Assembly: GCA_965223265.1 (NCBI GenBank)
Contig: OZ244999.1
Location: 5,184,001-5,248,000, forward strand
Source of the DNA: Planctomycetota bacterium
Lineage (GTDB): Bacteria; Planctomycetota; UBA8108; SXIK01
DNA: 64,000 bases
Direction: 5' to 3'
The notes beneath the pieces were generated by a model. That model had not been told where the DNA came from. It saw only the letters and a program-made list of their open reading frames with translations, and did no database searches. Both the position numbers and the translations under genes were made by a program. Numbering within the stretch: the stretch's first letter is position 1; each line of letters opens with the position of its first letter. Of this stretch, positions 1 to 10,915 are shown piece after piece.

Positions 1-527
1 TGCCATAAGAGCTCGCCCGTCGCAGCGCTCAAAAGACTCAGCGTCGGACCAGCCGCCAGCAAAAGCGCGTCATCGTGAAGCTCACCGAGGCGGCCGAAGT
101 AGACAAGCGAACCCGAGACGGTACTTCTCCACAGCGTGCGTCCCGCGGCACTGATCAGTCGCAGCTGGTTGTCGCGTACGAGACAGAGGTCGTCACCGCG
201 GGAGTCGCGAACGACTTTGAGCCAATTGAGCTTGCCGCCGAAGCGCACGCTGCTCCACATTTTCGGCGCTTGCGTCATGCCACATGTCAGCGGCGAGAAC
301 CCAGTCAGCTGCGCGTCGTGAAGCGTCCGTGGCCACTCCGGGTTGTTCACTTCATTCGAGCGGATTCCCGGCAGAAGCGGGTGAGTCCCCGTGCCAGACG
401 ACGATGATTGAGCATCCACGAGTACGGGCAACAACACTCCAGCGACTGCAGTCACGACAGCGCACGCACTCGATCGCTCGCGGCAAAGCTGCCTCACACA
501 GAAACTCACGAAAGCCACGGCGAACAT
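1..527 (-). CDS. Partial (runs off the left edge) secreted PQQ-like/BamB-type beta-propeller protein
   Basis: Absent from the ORF track. Manual translation of the minus frame is open from ATG 527 (alternative 566) to the edge. It reads hydrophobic N-terminus, EWPRTLHDAQLTGFSP (typical propeller N-terminal motif), then Trp-docking repeats AAGRTLW and LSAATGELLW. Confidence 0.7.
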   Translation of the reverse strand, partial: MFAVAFVSFCVRQLCRERSSACAVVTAVAGVLLPVLVDAQSSSSGTGTHPLLPGIRSNEVNNPEWPRTLHDAQLTGFSPLTCGMTQAPKMWSSVRFGGKLNWLKVVRDSRGDDLCLVRDNQLRLISAAGRTLWRSTVSGSLVYFGRLGELHDDALLLAAGPTLSLLSAATGELLW

Positions 528-799
528 GAAGGGTGAGATCCTCGAAACAGAGCACCGGCGAAGCATCGGTCCAACGTGATCCCATGCATTGAAACACAGC
601 TCTCCGTCGCTGCACCAGGTGTACCGCTGCGCTTTCTCATACCCGGCTCCATTGAAGTCGCAGGCGCACGACTGCGCTCGGCTCGATCGACTCACAATGA
701 CAGAGCAACTACGGAGACGCCGTCACCCCAAAAACCCATGTAAGGTGCGACGACATGAGGAACCTATCCCTCTGTCGCCAGCACAGCGCGAAGCATCCG

Positions 800-3700
800 T
801 CAGTTGGCACTAGCAGCCTGACGTCGTCCGACGATGAGAGCGACGATCATCAGCGCAGCAACCGACGTTCCGATCGCGCGCACGAGCGTCCAGCCGCGAT
901 CGTCAGTCTCAGTCGCAGCCTCGCTTGCAGACGTCTTCTCCTGAGTAGATGACTGCACCGGGGAGAACGCTTGCGCAACTTGGCGAGCATCCTCTCTTCG
1001 GACACCAGGTTGGAAGTTCTCGAATGGGTTCTCCATGGGCGCGTCCGGTTTGTGGCGTAGGGTGCGCATGAGCCGGAGTGCGTATGGTTTGAGGGGCTGC
1101 TTCCATCCACGTGACCCGTACGTCTGGTAGAGCAGTCCAAACTCCGCATCGCCCCCTGCGTCCAGAGCCTTTTGGGCCCAACGTAGAGCGCTTGGGACGT
1201 CACCGCTGCGCTTCTTGATGAGAGCAAGCATGAGGTAGGCGTTCGCATGCAAAAGCGCCACCTCACTCTGACCCTGGCCGGCCTCGATCGACCACGTTAG
1301 CATCTCCTCATAGAGCTCTTCGGCGTCTGCGTCGAAACCGGCTCGAAACAAATCGAGCGCGACTTGGCTTGAGATCTTCAAACCGTCCGGGCTCTTCGGT
1401 CTTGCGCGCAAGAGTGTCCGCAAGACCTCGAGGTGTTCTAAGTGAAGCTGGCCGAGCTCACGCGGAGACGATCGTTTACGTTTCCAGCCTGCAAACTCAA
1501 GCCAAGTGTGCGGCGTACCCCTCAGCCATGCGTCGCGGGCGCGCGCGATCAGGAGACTCTCGATTCGTGCGTTCGGCAGCGGCGGCCAACCGTCGAGTGC
1601 TTCCACGACTCGCAGAATGACACGGTCGCCAGAAGCACCGACACCACGGCTCTCGAGCGCCGCTGAGACAGCCGCTCGAAGCTCGTCGCGACATGCGGCC
1701 AAACGTTCACTATTCGCCATCCAGTCGAAAAGGACGCTCGGTGACATCAGCGTCCGGATGCGATGGAGTATCTCGCTCGATGAGCACAGTTCGGGCCGGG
1801 CGCGCAACTCCTCCTGTGTGCGGTGCGTCAAGAATTCATAAAGCCCCAAAAGATCATTCTGCTTCCAACGCACCCGGCGGGCCGGCAACACAGTGTTCAT
1901 ACTCGAGAGGAAATCAAGGGCGTAGGCGAGCAGAACGTTCGCGTTGGGGTAGGCACGGGTGAGCCGTCTCAGCGCATCCGGCTCTGGATCAAGACGTCGA
2001 AGCGCCAGCGGCAACAGTGCGAGCCGCGCCCGAACTTCCTGGCGGCGCTCAGGCGCCGCCATGTCGCTTGGCATCCCCTGGTCGAACGTTGGCCAAGGCG
2101 ACCCGATACCGACTGTTGGTCCGCCGCTCCCTCCCCAAGCGGCGTTCACGAAACCGAAGAATCCGGGCGCATCGGAGCTGCGACGATCGTTTCCGAACGC
2201 GAAGTCAAGAACCGCCACCCAGCGACGTAGAGCTGTGGTCACGCGGTTGCGAGCAGATGCGTAGCCTTTAGGAGTGGAATGAATGTCGCTTGGATCACTC
2301 AACTCAAGCGCCAACGCTTCCAACGCGCGGCGACCCGCGCGCATCCGGTCGTCGTCGACAATGCCGCGCGTGGGGTCGCCGAGTTCGTAGAGACACAGAT
2401 TGACGCGCGCCAGCCGTCCCACCGGATGGCCCGGGTAGCGTTTCGCGAGATCGCGCAGTCCAGCGATGTGATCAGTCCATGGCGACTCGTGCAGGACGCC
2501 CGGGTAGACGCGTTCATTCCCCGGTGCATGACGCTCACAAAGAAACGCAAACTCGTACCACGGACGTAGCGGTGCATCGGGCGGCAGCTGGCGCAGAATC
2601 CACCGCATCAACCCGTAGTCAACAAAGTGCCATAGATCAGATCGCTTTGAGGCCCGCCACGCGTCTCGAAACCTCGACGGAGAAGGGTCCTGCAGCTGGT
2701 ACTTGAAATATTTGGCGGCATCAAACCGTACCTCGAGCCTATCAGCAAGCTGATCCGCGGGCTCGCCCGGCGCGAACTCGGGCAATTGCATGCTCGTCAC
2801 TGCCTCCGGTGGTCGAGCCAAAACCTCCGCGATCGTCCGTCGCCACTTCTCTCGATCGGCAGGTAACCGCACGACGTGACGCGTCTGGCGTTCGGGATCC
2901 AGCTGCTCCGTGTACCGAATCTCCAACCGAAAACCGACGAGCCCACTCGACTGCTTCGGTAGTGTCGGCACGCCCCGGGTGAGGTGAGCCGAAACCGTCG
3001 TCCCAAAGAAGAGTTGTGGTGCACGTTTCCAGGTCACGCCCTGCGCTGAACTGAGACCGACGAGTACATCGTACTCGCGGCGCAGTCGCGCCAGATCGTC
3101 AGCAAGAAAAACCGGACTCTGCGTCGTCGTGTGCAGCAACTCGACCAGGAGAAGTGATAACGAGTTCGCGAGCGGTTTCGAGATCGCGACGTCAGCACGC
3201 ACGCCAGTAAAGTTGGTACCGGGCTGTGCGCTCACGAGCTTCGCACTGCCGGCTCCCAGCCATCGCCCCCGCCTCTGACGCACGAACGCCTTAACGGCAG
3301 CGGCAACCTCGTCGAACCCGCTGGCCGTGTAGGCACGCTCCATCCAAACATACGGTTCAATGAGGCGGCTGTCCTGAAGCGCGGCGAGGTGAAAGCTGTT
3401 GATCGCGTCGAGATAACGTCCAGCGTCGTAGAGTTCAATGCCGCGATAGAACGACTGCAGCGTTTCCGGATCAAGCCCACCGGTGCCTTTCTGCCCCTTC
3501 GGTGGCGTGTTGAAAAGATCGGACGCGCCGCTTGTCACCCGCGCCTGGATCCACACAGCAGCACGGGCAGCCATCGACGCATCCTCAGGGTCCGCACGGA
3601 AAACCTCCTGAGCGACGCGTCGACCTGTTCGGGTGTCGAGGATGACGATCTCCACATCTCCGTCAGACGAAATCGTGGGGACAACAAGATAGCGTGCGCC

Positions 3701-4372
3701 CAAAAACTCGGTCGGCATCTCACCGATCGTCGTCCATCCCTTTTCGTGCAGCACCTTCTCGGCGAGCATGCGCTCCATCGCCTCCGCCCGGTGCAAAAGC
3801 GGAACGTCGAGATGTCGCAGCTGCCGCCTCACCTTGTCGAGGAAAGCTATACGCAGTGGATCGCCCTCGAGTGTCGACGAACGTCCTGACGGCGTGAGAA
3901 TCGCCACGGCGTCGCTCGCCAGGGCGGCTGAGTGAATCCGCTCACTGACCAGCCGTTCGACTCGGTCTCGGACCTGCGTCGCCAGGGCGGTCACGCTCGG
4001 CAAATCCATTTTCTCTACCGCGACGATTTCGCCGCTCAGCGCAGCGATCATCTCGAACTCTACGTGCTCACTCGCTGCATCCACCCGACACAATACGACG
4101 TAGTCGGCGCCAAGAAGTGAACCGAGGCGCTTTGAGTCTTCCCTCGCATCAGCCGCGAACGCGTTCCATTCGCGAAAGATCGGCGCAAGATCAGCTCGTT
4201 CGACAACCGCGACTTCGGAGCTACGGGACATCTCGCCAGCAACGAGATCCGAAAGAGACAGATCGAAACCACCGGTTCCATGCACAAACACTGCGACGCC
4301 GGGCGGTCCGGCTTCGGCCGGAGGTCCAGTGAGCGCGGCAACCAAGAGAAGAAATGAATAGCGACAGTTCAT
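800..4372 (-). CDS. Large exported protein with CsgG/TolB-N-like domains, TPR-like helices and a C-terminal TM anchor
   Basis: 1190-aa ORF. Signal peptide; VVERADL...LGSLLGADYV and FLGARYLVV CsgG-like motifs; TPR-like segments (FYRGIELYDAGRYLDAI); C-terminal hydrophobic helix followed by RR. Confidence 0.6.
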   Translation of the reverse strand: MNCRYSFLLLVAALTGPPAEAGPPGVAVFVHGTGGFDLSLSDLVAGEMSRSSEVAVVERADLAPIFREWNAFAADAREDSKRLGSLLGADYVVLCRVDAASEHVEFEMIAALSGEIVAVEKMDLPSVTALATQVRDRVERLVSERIHSAALASDAVAILTPSGRSSTLEGDPLRIAFLDKVRRQLRHLDVPLLHRAEAMERMLAEKVLHEKGWTTIGEMPTEFLGARYLVVPTISSDGDVEIVILDTRTGRRVAQEVFRADPEDASMAARAAVWIQARVTSGASDLFNTPPKGQKGTGGLDPETLQSFYRGIELYDAGRYLDAINSFHLAALQDSRLIEPYVWMERAYTASGFDEVAAAVKAFVRQRRGRWLGAGSAKLVSAQPGTNFTGVRADVAISKPLANSLSLLLVELLHTTTQSPVFLADDLARLRREYDVLVGLSSAQGVTWKRAPQLFFGTTVSAHLTRGVPTLPKQSSGLVGFRLEIRYTEQLDPERQTRHVVRLPADREKWRRTIAEVLARPPEAVTSMQLPEFAPGEPADQLADRLEVRFDAAKYFKYQLQDPSPSRFRDAWRASKRSDLWHFVDYGLMRWILRQLPPDAPLRPWYEFAFLCERHAPGNERVYPGVLHESPWTDHIAGLRDLAKRYPGHPVGRLARVNLCLYELGDPTRGIVDDDRMRAGRRALEALALELSDPSDIHSTPKGYASARNRVTTALRRWVAVLDFAFGNDRRSSDAPGFFGFVNAAWGGSGGPTVGIGSPWPTFDQGMPSDMAAPERRQEVRARLALLPLALRRLDPEPDALRRLTRAYPNANVLLAYALDFLSSMNTVLPARRVRWKQNDLLGLYEFLTHRTQEELRARPELCSSSEILHRIRTLMSPSVLFDWMANSERLAACRDELRAAVSAALESRGVGASGDRVILRVVEALDGWPPLPNARIESLLIARARDAWLRGTPHTWLEFAGWKRKRSSPRELGQLHLEHLEVLRTLLRARPKSPDGLKISSQVALDLFRAGFDADAEELYEEMLTWSIEAGQGQSEVALLHANAYLMLALIKKRSGDVPSALRWAQKALDAGGDAEFGLLYQTYGSRGWKQPLKPYALRLMRTLRHKPDAPMENPFENFQPGVRREDARQVAQAFSPVQSSTQEKTSASEAATETDDRGWTLVRAIGTSVAALMIVALIVGRRQAASAN

Positions 4373-4894
4373 GGGGCTTCGAAGAAGAAGACTCGTTCGA
4401 GCCGATCAACTGACTCTTCGCCGCGTATCCTGGTTTCCCGGCGACTCTCGTGCGGCGCGAGGAGCGGGCTTTCAAGTCAAGAGACGACGATCTATCTGAA
4501 GTCTACGACTTTGTGGCGACCAAGGCCAAAGCTCACCAGCGATCGTCCGTTTCACTGCACTAGCTGAAGAAGAACGGAACTGCAAGGCGCGAGGAAACCT
4601 CAGGACAGAATCGGCCCATACCACGACGCACGATTTACGCTCGTGGCTCACGACGGCAATGACCTGAACAACCAGTGTCGCGCAAACGACCGGGGCGGCA
4701 GCGCACATAAAGGGGCGAATCCTCGGACCCAACGCGGCCCGTTAAAAAGCAATCGAGGAGCATCGATGAACATGACCCCCTCCAGTCAAGCACAGTCGTG
4801 CCTCGAAGCACCAGGCGCGCCGCACGGTTTCTCGCTTCGCTGTGTGTGCAGCACGACGAAGAGGCAGGGAGGCGGCGTTCACGCTCCGCGCGCA

Positions 4895-5902
4895 TTACTC
4901 GAGACAAGCTCTAGGATTCTCGCAGCCGAGATCGACCTGCGCGACTCCGTTCACCAAGCGACCGATGGGGGCTCCGCACTCAGAGATCGGTGGATCGGGA
5001 GCTGGACCGTCGACGAAGAGCCACCCGAAAATGCGGAGCGCATCCGCCATGTCCAGACCGTTCGTCGAATCAGTGTTCGCCGCATTCGCGCAGGGAAGAT
5101 GTTGGTTGCTGGTAAACAGGAAATTCAGGATGAAGATTCCGTCCCCGAGATCGACCCCGCCGTCGGCGTTGGCGTCACCGCGGACGATGAGCGCCGGTGA
5201 CTCGAACGACCGAACCAGCACTGTCGTCTCGTCGACGGCTCGATCACCGTCGCCGCTCTCGACTGTCAATCGGTACGAATACTCTCCAGGCGCCTCGAAC
5301 GTGACTGAAGTGGTGGGCTCGTTTGGCGTCTGGGGCGCAGGAGCGTTATCCAACGCTTCCCACCGGAAGGATTTCAAAGTCAGAGTGTCGCACACCGGTG
5401 AACGCCCCGACTTCGATTCGATTCCCGACAGGCTGACCGTCTGCGCCTCACCATTGGGAAGCAGAACCTCAAATGGTCGCGTGATGGCGGCAGACGGAAC
5501 GCAGGTGCTCTCCAAATCCAAAACAGCGGCGACCGACGCCCAAGCGGTGTCGACGTTGCCATCGTCGTCGGTAATCTCGAGTAGAAAGGAAAAGAGGCCA
5601 GTCTCGTGGACGAGGACATCCGTCTCAGAATCGGATGGGCTGACGATGCGTGTCGGTTGATCTACTGCGTTGCTCCACCGAAAAGACAGTCCGCGGTCGA
5701 CACAGCTCAACCCGAATCCAGCGATGGACTGCGAAGCATCCAGTCGCACGACGAGGGCCTCTTCGAACTGCACGTACGACCCTGGCGACACGCTCGCCCT
5801 GGCTCTTGGGTTGCAGTCATCTGCAACGAGACGACTTCCGAACACGACCAACAACACGGTTGCCCACAGAGTCTTGAGAACAAAAGGGCTCGCTGTTCGC
5901 AT
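4895..5902 (-). CDS. Secreted PKD/REJ-like repeat protein with C-terminal dockerin-like domain
   Basis: GGAGGAG RBS before ATG 5902; signal peptide; two PKD-like units (LDASQS..FRWS; FRWE..PGEYSYRLTV); RGDANADGGVDLGD dockerin motif. Confidence 0.75.
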   Translation of the reverse strand: MRTASPFVLKTLWATVLLVVFGSRLVADDCNPRARASVSPGSYVQFEEALVVRLDASQSIAGFGLSCVDRGLSFRWSNAVDQPTRIVSPSDSETDVLVHETGLFSFLLEITDDDGNVDTAWASVAAVLDLESTCVPSAAITRPFEVLLPNGEAQTVSLSGIESKSGRSPVCDTLTLKSFRWEALDNAPAPQTPNEPTTSVTFEAPGEYSYRLTVESGDGDRAVDETTVLVRSFESPALIVRGDANADGGVDLGDGIFILNFLFTSNQHLPCANAANTDSTNGLDMADALRIFGWLFVDGPAPDPPISECGAPIGRLVNGVAQVDLGCENPRACLE

Positions 5903-6028
5903 CACGACTCCTCCGTTCATTCGGCGGTAACACCACGATGCCTACGCTCGCTCCAACCCGTCGCCATCGTAAGGGACGCCCCCTGAGGGTGCATCCACAA
6001 TCTCTCACACAGCGCTGACGGCGCCGAG

Positions 6029-6682
6029 CTACTCGCGCTCAGGACGTTCGCCAGGAGAGGACGTGTTGGGCCCGTCCTGAGGCTCGGGCCGTGTCGTCGA
6101 GGCCGCCGCTGCGGCCGCAGCCTCGAGCACTGTGGGCGCGCTCACAGCATCGGGAGACGGTGGTTCTGAGTTCTCCAGCGCCGTGGGATCGAGCTCACCG
6201 ATCGCCTCATTCACGGCCGCCAGCGCCAGCCAAAGATCCTGGCGTGATCGAGATTGACGCAAGTGTGTGACCCGTCGAGTAAAGGTGTCGAAGTCAAAGT
6301 GACCAAGTGACTTGGCGTCACGTGTTTGCGCCATGTGGATTTCTTCCAAGAGACGCTCCCTGGCTGAACGGAGTGCAGTGAGGGTCGTTTCGACGCGAGG
6401 GTCGGAGGGGTCGAACGCAGAGTTTGAGTCAGATGGCGACGCCTCACTCGCCGTCGAGTCGGCTCCGTCCGACACACCGCTGCGGCGCTGAGACACGCGA
6501 AGATCGCCAACGATCTCACCGGCGGCCACGCGCACCCGTTCCGGCGCGCCGCGTTCGAGCACTTCGAAGGCCGACGCATCCGCTGCCAGCTCGTCGCTCG
6601 AGTGCTCTCCCCAGAGAAAGACCAGGAGGCCGACCAAAACGAGCGCCCCGATGGCAAGAATCAGCTCACGTCCAAGGCTCAT
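6029..6682 (-). CDS. Hypothetical membrane-anchored protein
   Basis: 217-aa ORF, N-terminal TM helix, GAGGAGAG RBS upstream. Confidence 0.6.
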   Translation of the reverse strand: MSLGRELILAIGALVLVGLLVFLWGEHSSDELAADASAFEVLERGAPERVRVAAGEIVGDLRVSQRRSGVSDGADSTASEASPSDSNSAFDPSDPRVETTLTALRSARERLLEEIHMAQTRDAKSLGHFDFDTFTRRVTHLRQSRSRQDLWLALAAVNEAIGELDPTALENSEPPSPDAVSAPTVLEAAAAAAASTTRPEPQDGPNTSSPGERPERE

Positions 6683-7218
6683 TGACCGTTCTCTCTCCTC
6701 ATATCCGACTCCACCAACGCCGGTTCCGAGCGGACAAGACGAACATCTCCTAGGAGTTTAGCCTCGACACCGCGGTGCACACCCGAAAAATCCAGGCGCT
6801 GCCAGTGGGATCTGTCATTTTGCCGAAAAGCAGGGAACCTAACCACCCGACGCCGTCGTTCTTCTTTTGTTCTGGCCCCTAACGGGGCCATGCCGCCGGC
6901 AGTGGCACCCCCCTACAGTTACCAATGCGTCTACCTCGATCCTAACCTATCCGACCATTGGCCCTGTCGGCGGCGCCTTTTCGATCGTGGCAGGCTGAAG
7001 GGCGGATCGAGCCCCAATACTGGCTCCTTCGCACTCAGTCCGCTCTCTTAGCAGCCCGGCACGATCGAGTCGTGTTGAAGGCCGCCCCGCGTCCTTGAGT
7101 CGCCAAGCCGCTCCGCACGCGGTCAACATGCCTTCTGAGCACTGAGCTCCCGCGTGTCACACCCTTGCGATTGCGAGCTCGGCGTCCTTTGAGAAAGCGT
7201 ACCGCGCGATCTAGCGAT

Positions 7219-8208
7219 CTAGCCGGTGGAAACCCGCCCGCGACGCTCGCCACCAAGTTTGAGAAACAGCTGATTGCGCACTTTCTCCGTGGCGTCGAGT
7301 TTCGAATGCAGCACTTCGCGCTGGTCCCGGACTCTCTTGAGATACGTCTCGCTCTTCTCGAACGCCGTTTCAATGACGCTGAGGGATCTCACAAGTCTTC
7401 CCTCGAGAAAGATATCCTCGAAGAGAGCACTGAGAAACTGACTGAGCATCGGCTCGAACCCTTCGAGCTCGACATGAAGATGGACCATGCAGCACAGCTC
7501 GTTTCGGGCCAGCTTCTGGTTGCGGCAAGCACCGTCGAACATCTCCTTGGCGCGCGCGATGTTCGAGTGACGGAAGAGATCTGTGACGAATCCGCTATCG
7601 AGCCAATTCTCAACGTCAAAGCTCCCCTTGGCCGCGACCAGGAAAGAGCGGGCACTCTTGATGTAGTCCACGTTTCGTGACAAGTAGAAAATTGCCTCGT
7701 CGAGGTTGAGAGCGTCCTCGGTGAGAGAATTCCAATCGGCTTCGACCGCTTTGAATTCGTCCCCGAGCCTCTGAACGCGACCAGCTTGAGACGACCCAAG
7801 CGAGGTGAGTGTCTCTTCGCGTTCGCTTTCCAAGACGTTTCTCTTGGCGGAGAAACCAGAGTAGTTCGCGAGTTTAGTGCGGATCTCATTCCGCTCTCGA
7901 ACGAGCGTCTCTTGGTCCTCACGCACGAGTTGAAAAACTCCCGCAGAGACAAAATCCTCGCGGGCACGCTCAAATGCGGGGCCCGGCTTTTCGCTGCGTG
8001 ATCGTTCGACGGCGATTTGCTGCGAAATGGCGGCGAACGGGAGCTCGTGAAGCTTGAGATCGGAACTCTCGTAAAGCTTGAGAAATCGACCGACAGCCTC
8101 AAGTTCCGCCGACAGGAAGTCTTGCTGTTTTTTGAGACGACGCGCCTTCTCGAGCTTCACCTCGCAGTAGCCCAGTTCCTTGTCGATCTTTTCGAGCTTG
8201 CGAACCAT
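7219..8208 (-). CDS. Hypothetical coiled-coil protein
   Basis: GGAGG RBS before ATG 8208; heptad-rich helical sequence throughout. Confidence 0.7.
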   Translation of the reverse strand: MVRKLEKIDKELGYCEVKLEKARRLKKQQDFLSAELEAVGRFLKLYESSDLKLHELPFAAISQQIAVERSRSEKPGPAFERAREDFVSAGVFQLVREDQETLVRERNEIRTKLANYSGFSAKRNVLESEREETLTSLGSSQAGRVQRLGDEFKAVEADWNSLTEDALNLDEAIFYLSRNVDYIKSARSFLVAAKGSFDVENWLDSGFVTDLFRHSNIARAKEMFDGACRNQKLARNELCCMVHLHVELEGFEPMLSQFLSALFEDIFLEGRLVRSLSVIETAFEKSETYLKRVRDQREVLHSKLDATEKVRNQLFLKLGGERRGRVSTG

Positions 8209-8569
8209 CCTACTTCCCTCCAGCGCCCAGGCTGCGGGCGCCGCGAAACTCCCGCGCTCGAGGAGCCCTCCTCCGTAACATTCGCCAGTTAGGGAACGCA
8301 CGGATCGGCCTCGAAAACGCCGCGACCCGAATCGAACGGCCTACCAGTCCCGTCAATCGGTGTGCCGAACTGAGCTATTATATGGGCCGAATCACGCCGC
8401 CGCTGCGTTGCATTTGTCCGCACAGGCCCAAACTAAACCCGCAACCTCTTTACGCAAAAAGAGTTGTGGACATCGATGCGATTCCGGATTTCACCTCTTG
8501 CGTAACTCGACCGTGCCCCTCAGGATCGAAGAAGCCTGTCTGCCCCTTTCACCTTTGAACTGGCCCCAC

Positions 8570-9376
8570 ATGCAATCCCCTCCCATGCCCCATCAAGTCG
8601 CCATCTTGTTCCTCACCTTTGGCTCACTCGCCCTCTGCGCACCGGCAGCCGCAAGCCCCAAGGAAGTCTCCTACCCGTGGGAACTCAACACCGAACACCG
8701 CTACGTGTGGCTGCGCAAGGCGGACAAAGTCGGCGAGACACGGTTTCAGATTCGCCACGTACCCCACCCAACACGGCGTGGCGAAATGATCTACGAGATC
8801 CAGGCGAGGCGCACGTACAACTACGGCGGCGCCATTCGCGCCGCCCGCGGCACCACGTTTTTGACGACGACGGGGGAAACTCTGCGTTTCGAGGAGACTC
8901 TGCGCGCCGCGCACGTCGACGGCAATGTTTCCGAACAGCGCACGCTCTATGAGCGCAAAAGCGAAAGCCAGGCCCAAGTCACCTATCTCCAACCGGGCGC
9001 GAAACCAATCGTCAGGGATCACACTCTCGAGGCGAATTCGTTTCTCTGCGGCAATCAGGCCATGGAGCACTGGGTCGCGTTCACCGCGTCGCTTGCAGGG
9101 TCACTCGATGGCCGCGAAGTGTCGCTTCTCTACCCCGACTTCAACCGTACGGTACGATTACGGATCGACAAGAAGGGGGAAGAACCGCTACGACTGGGTG
9201 GGCGCTCGATCGACGCCACCCGCTACGCGTTTAAGTCGACCGAAATGAGCGGCACTCTTTGGTTGGACGCCCAGAATCGCCTGCTGCAGATCGAGTTTCC
9301 GTCCACACGATTGAAAGTCGTGCTCGCCGGCACCGCGTCGCGTGCTACCGGCGCCGGGAAGTCAGCCGCCCAGTAG
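8570..9376 (+). CDS. Secreted beta-rich protein (DUF6134/DUF3108-like)
   Basis: Signal peptide ending CAPAAA; KVGETRF and GTLWLDAQNRLLQI motifs. Start is 8570 or 8585. Confidence 0.6.
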   Translation: MQSPPMPHQVAILFLTFGSLALCAPAAASPKEVSYPWELNTEHRYVWLRKADKVGETRFQIRHVPHPTRRGEMIYEIQARRTYNYGGAIRAARGTTFLTTTGETLRFEETLRAAHVDGNVSEQRTLYERKSESQAQVTYLQPGAKPIVRDHTLEANSFLCGNQAMEHWVAFTASLAGSLDGREVSLLYPDFNRTVRLRIDKKGEEPLRLGGRSIDATRYAFKSTEMSGTLWLDAQNRLLQIEFPSTRLKVVLAGTASRATGAGKSAAQ

Positions 9377-9511
9377 ATGAGCGCCCGCCTGCGTTCTTCC
9401 GCAGCTTCTCAGCAGCAGCGTTGCCGATTCCGCCTGGGTACCGGGCGCGGTCAGCGCCCGGCCGAGGGCGCGCCGAACGCGCTGCGGAGTTGACAGCCCG
9501 TTGGGCCCTCA

Positions 9512-10915
9512 TCACCACCGATCCGTGAGGTGGCAGTAGCGCTCAAGCGCCGCAAAACGATTGCGGATCCGCCGTTCGGCGAGTTGAAGGTCGCCGTCGC
9601 CGAACTCGTCGAGGTATTCGTCTGCTGGATGCGGAGGCAGCCCGAATCTGGGATAAACAATGAACTTCGAAAACGACAAGCTCTGAAGATGGAGGTCCTC
9701 GTAAAGGCCAACGAGATGCGCTTCGGCCTCGCGATACTTACCGCTTCCTCTTTCCTTGTGCGCTGCCAGCAGTTCGACGATCTGCGGGCGCCAGCGTTGA
9801 TCGAGAAAATCTCGCCAGGCAACCTCGTTCAACGAACCGTCTTCGTTGACCATCTTCGACCCAAACCAAGACACCTGCGCCTGCCGCTGCGCTGCGACGA
9901 GATGTGGAGACCAGCCGCGCGACAGCAATTCGACTGACTGAACCTGGGTCTTTAGGACGGTGTACAGTTGACGCGCTGTCGACAATCGCTCGGAAAAGTA
10001 GGTTTCTAATTGGCGATCCTCCTCGAGCGCCTCCTCACGGTCGCCGATGAAGACCTCCGCGCGTACGTTGCGATCGAACACTCGGTCGAGCTCGAGGTCG
10101 GCATGCGACTCCAACCAGGTACCGATGTCAGTCGGTGATTCCATGTTGCGGTTGAACGAGATTTCCAGCAAGTAACGACCAGAGTAAAACGGCACAATGC
10201 CGGTCGACCAAATCGCCGCGACGAATCGCCCCTCACTTGCCTTGACTGCGTCGATGCTGGCGAAGGATCTGACATCGTCGAAATAGAGGCTCGCTACGAG
10301 ACTGGCGCCATCGGGAAGATTCGTAGTGCCGGAGCAGCGCACGCGCCCACCGCGCCCCCAGTCTTCCACGAGAACCGAGTTCGCGACGATCGATATGGGG
10401 GACGCAGGCTGATCGGTATCGGTCGGCTCCGGCACATGTTGCGGCGCCAAGTTGATTGTCAGACGTAAACGCTCGAACGGCTGCGGCAGAATGTCCGAGG
10501 CAACGACGCCCAGTTCGATGGCTTTGGGTCCTAGAACCACATCCTCCCACCTTGTGATCACCGTGTCCCCGCGCCGGCACTCGATGACGCCGACGCCATC
10601 GCGCTGGGCGGCCGGGAACGCAAAGCGGCCGTGTCCGTCGGTCTCGGCGATCTCTTCGTTCAAGGCGACCGTCACCCCCGGTTGCGGCTCGAGTCCGCTG
10701 CCGAGAACGTATCCCGTAACCTCAAACGACGAGGGCCCAACCACTCGGGGCTCGACGGAAACGCTTTCGTCGACACGAGTCCACTCTTCTTCGTCCTCCC
10801 AGTGGGGCTCCCACGGTTCGTCCACGGGCGCGCGGGGCGGCGTCCAAAAAACCATGGCCAGCCCTCCCCCCACCACCAGCGCGGCTCCAAGCAAGAGGAG
10901 GAGAGGGCGCTTCAC
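9512..10915 (-). CDS. Membrane-anchored protein with carboxypeptidase-regulatory-like domain
   Basis: N-terminal TM; VTGYVLG..PQPGVTV..TDGHGRFAF motif; GTTNLPDGA Ig-like segment. Confidence 0.65.
   Translation of the reverse strand: MKRPLLLLLGAALVVGGGLAMVFWTPPRAPVDEPWEPHWEDEEEWTRVDESVSVEPRVVGPSSFEVTGYVLGSGLEPQPGVTVALNEEIAETDGHGRFAFPAAQRDGVGVIECRRGDTVITRWEDVVLGPKAIELGVVASDILPQPFERLRLTINLAPQHVPEPTDTDQPASPISIVANSVLVEDWGRGGRVRCSGTTNLPDGASLVASLYFDDVRSFASIDAVKASEGRFVAAIWSTGIVPFYSGRYLLEISFNRNMESPTDIGTWLESHADLELDRVFDRNVRAEVFIGDREEALEEDRQLETYFSERLSTARQLYTVLKTQVQSVELLSRGWSPHLVAAQRQAQVSWFGSKMVNEDGSLNEVAWRDFLDQRWRPQIVELLAAHKERGSGKYREAEAHLVGLYEDLHLQSLSFSKFIVYPRFGLPPHPADEYLDEFGDGDLQLAERRIRNRFAALERYCHLTDRW

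Noticed and set aside
75-407. 110-aa + strand ORF
   Set aside because: Antisense shadow of the minus-strand beta-propeller gene.
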